From: Chiloscyllium plagiosum
Lineage: Eukaryota
Reading direction: 5' to 3'
NCBI RefSeq assembly: GCF_004010195.1
Contig: NC_057719.1
Span: 16,760,115 to 16,823,531 of the forward strand
Length of the DNA stretch: 63,417 nt
In this document: in pieces, positions 62,405 to 63,417 of the stretch
How the letters are laid out: the number at the start of each line of letters is the position of its first letter
Position numbering within the stretch: the stretch's first letter is position 1
The notes under the pieces: model-generated
What the model saw: only the letters and a program-made list of their open reading frames with translations
Database searches by the model: none
Told to the model about the DNA's origin: nothing
Position numbers and translations under genes: made by a program

Positions 62405-63417
62405 TCGCTATCCCTCTATTCTTTGTCTATTCATGCATCTGTCAAGATGCCTCTTAAGCTTTGCTCTTGTACTTGCCTCCACCACCTCCTCTGGCAGCAC
62501 ACCAGGCACTTTCCACCCTATTTGTAAAAAATAGAACTTGCCTGTCACATCTCCTTTAATCTTTCCCCCTTTTTTTACCTTAAACCTACATAGCATAATA
62601 ATTGACATTTCTACCCTTGGAAAAAGACTCTGACTATCCATGCTGCTCATAATTTTGTAAACTTCTATCTGGTCTCTCCTCATCCTTTGATGTTCAAGTG
62701 AAAATTTCTCCTCATAGCTAATATCCTCCAAACCAGGTAACCTCCGGTATAAACTGTTTCTGTTCCCTCTTTAAAGCCTCCTATATCCTTCAGATAGTAT
62801 GATGTCCAGAACTGTACTCAACATTCTAAATATGACCTAACTAAAGTTCTGTACACCTGCAACATGGCTTGCCAATTTTTGTACTCTGTGCCTTGACTGA
62901 TGAAGGTGTGTATGCCAAATGCCTTTTTGACCACCTTATCCACTTGTGTTGCCACTGTGGATTTGTACGCTGAGACCCTTTTGTATATTGATGTTCTTAA
63001 AGGTTCTGCCGTTTACTGTATACTTCACTCCTATGTGAGATCTCCTGAAATGCATCCCTTTGCATTTGTCCGGATTAAACTCCATCCAAATCTCCAGCTT
63101 ATCTGTATCCTCTGACAATTCTCCTTGCTATCCACAGCTTCTCCAATCTTTGTGTTGTCCACAAAACTACTAATCAGACCACTTATATTTTCCTCCAAAT
63201 AACTTTATATATACTACAAACAACATGAATTCTAGCACTGATCCTTGTGGAACACTACTAGTCACAGATCTCCAGTCAAAACAAAAACACCCTTACACTG
63301 CTACTTTCTCTCTTCCATGAATAAGCCACTTCTGTATCCATCTTAACAGCTCAGTGTGAATATCCTGTGACTTCATCTTTTGCATCAGCCAGCCATGAGG
63401 GACCTTGTCAAAGATGC
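62405..63417 (-). mobile_element. CR1 LINE, degenerate, runs off the window edge
   Basis: Translates with MEFNPDKCK.MHF and [13 protein letters not shown] motif near 63245. Confidence 0.88.

Overview
Eukaryotic genomic DNA, very likely from a shark or other elasmobranch (inferred from the HE1/V-SINE-, HER1/CR1- and Deu-SINE-like repeats). It holds a complete cyclin K gene (CCNK, minus strand: a probable non-coding exon 1 near 31.1-31.4 kb and 10 coding exons from 24761 to 9054, giving a 1617-nt CDS and 538 aa). CCNK intron 2 is a U12 (minor-spliceosome) intron. CCNK lies head-to-head with SETD3 (plus strand; first coding exon 61782-61888 after an intron of about 30 kb). The two genes share a CpG-rich bidirectional promoter with NRF1, YY1, CCAAT and GC-box motifs, the arrangement known from human. 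The rest is largely transposon-derived: many CR1 LINEs (one near-full-length old copy with three nested insertions), Rex1/Babar and Tx1-like LINE fragments, several SINE families, a Tigger-like MITE with an internal minisatellite, a solo LTR with a 4-bp TSD, a tRNA-Leu(UAG) pseudogene and a young Penelope-like RT. The most striking recurring structure is a set of Penelope-related fold-back elements from at least four families. Most have 8-17 bp target-site duplications and a minimal hammerhead-ribozyme core (intact or decayed), and one is a ~1-kb palindrome just downstream of the promoter. All coordinates were read by eye. Repeat boundaries are approximate unless a TSD is given, and family names come from recalled consensus features, not database searches.
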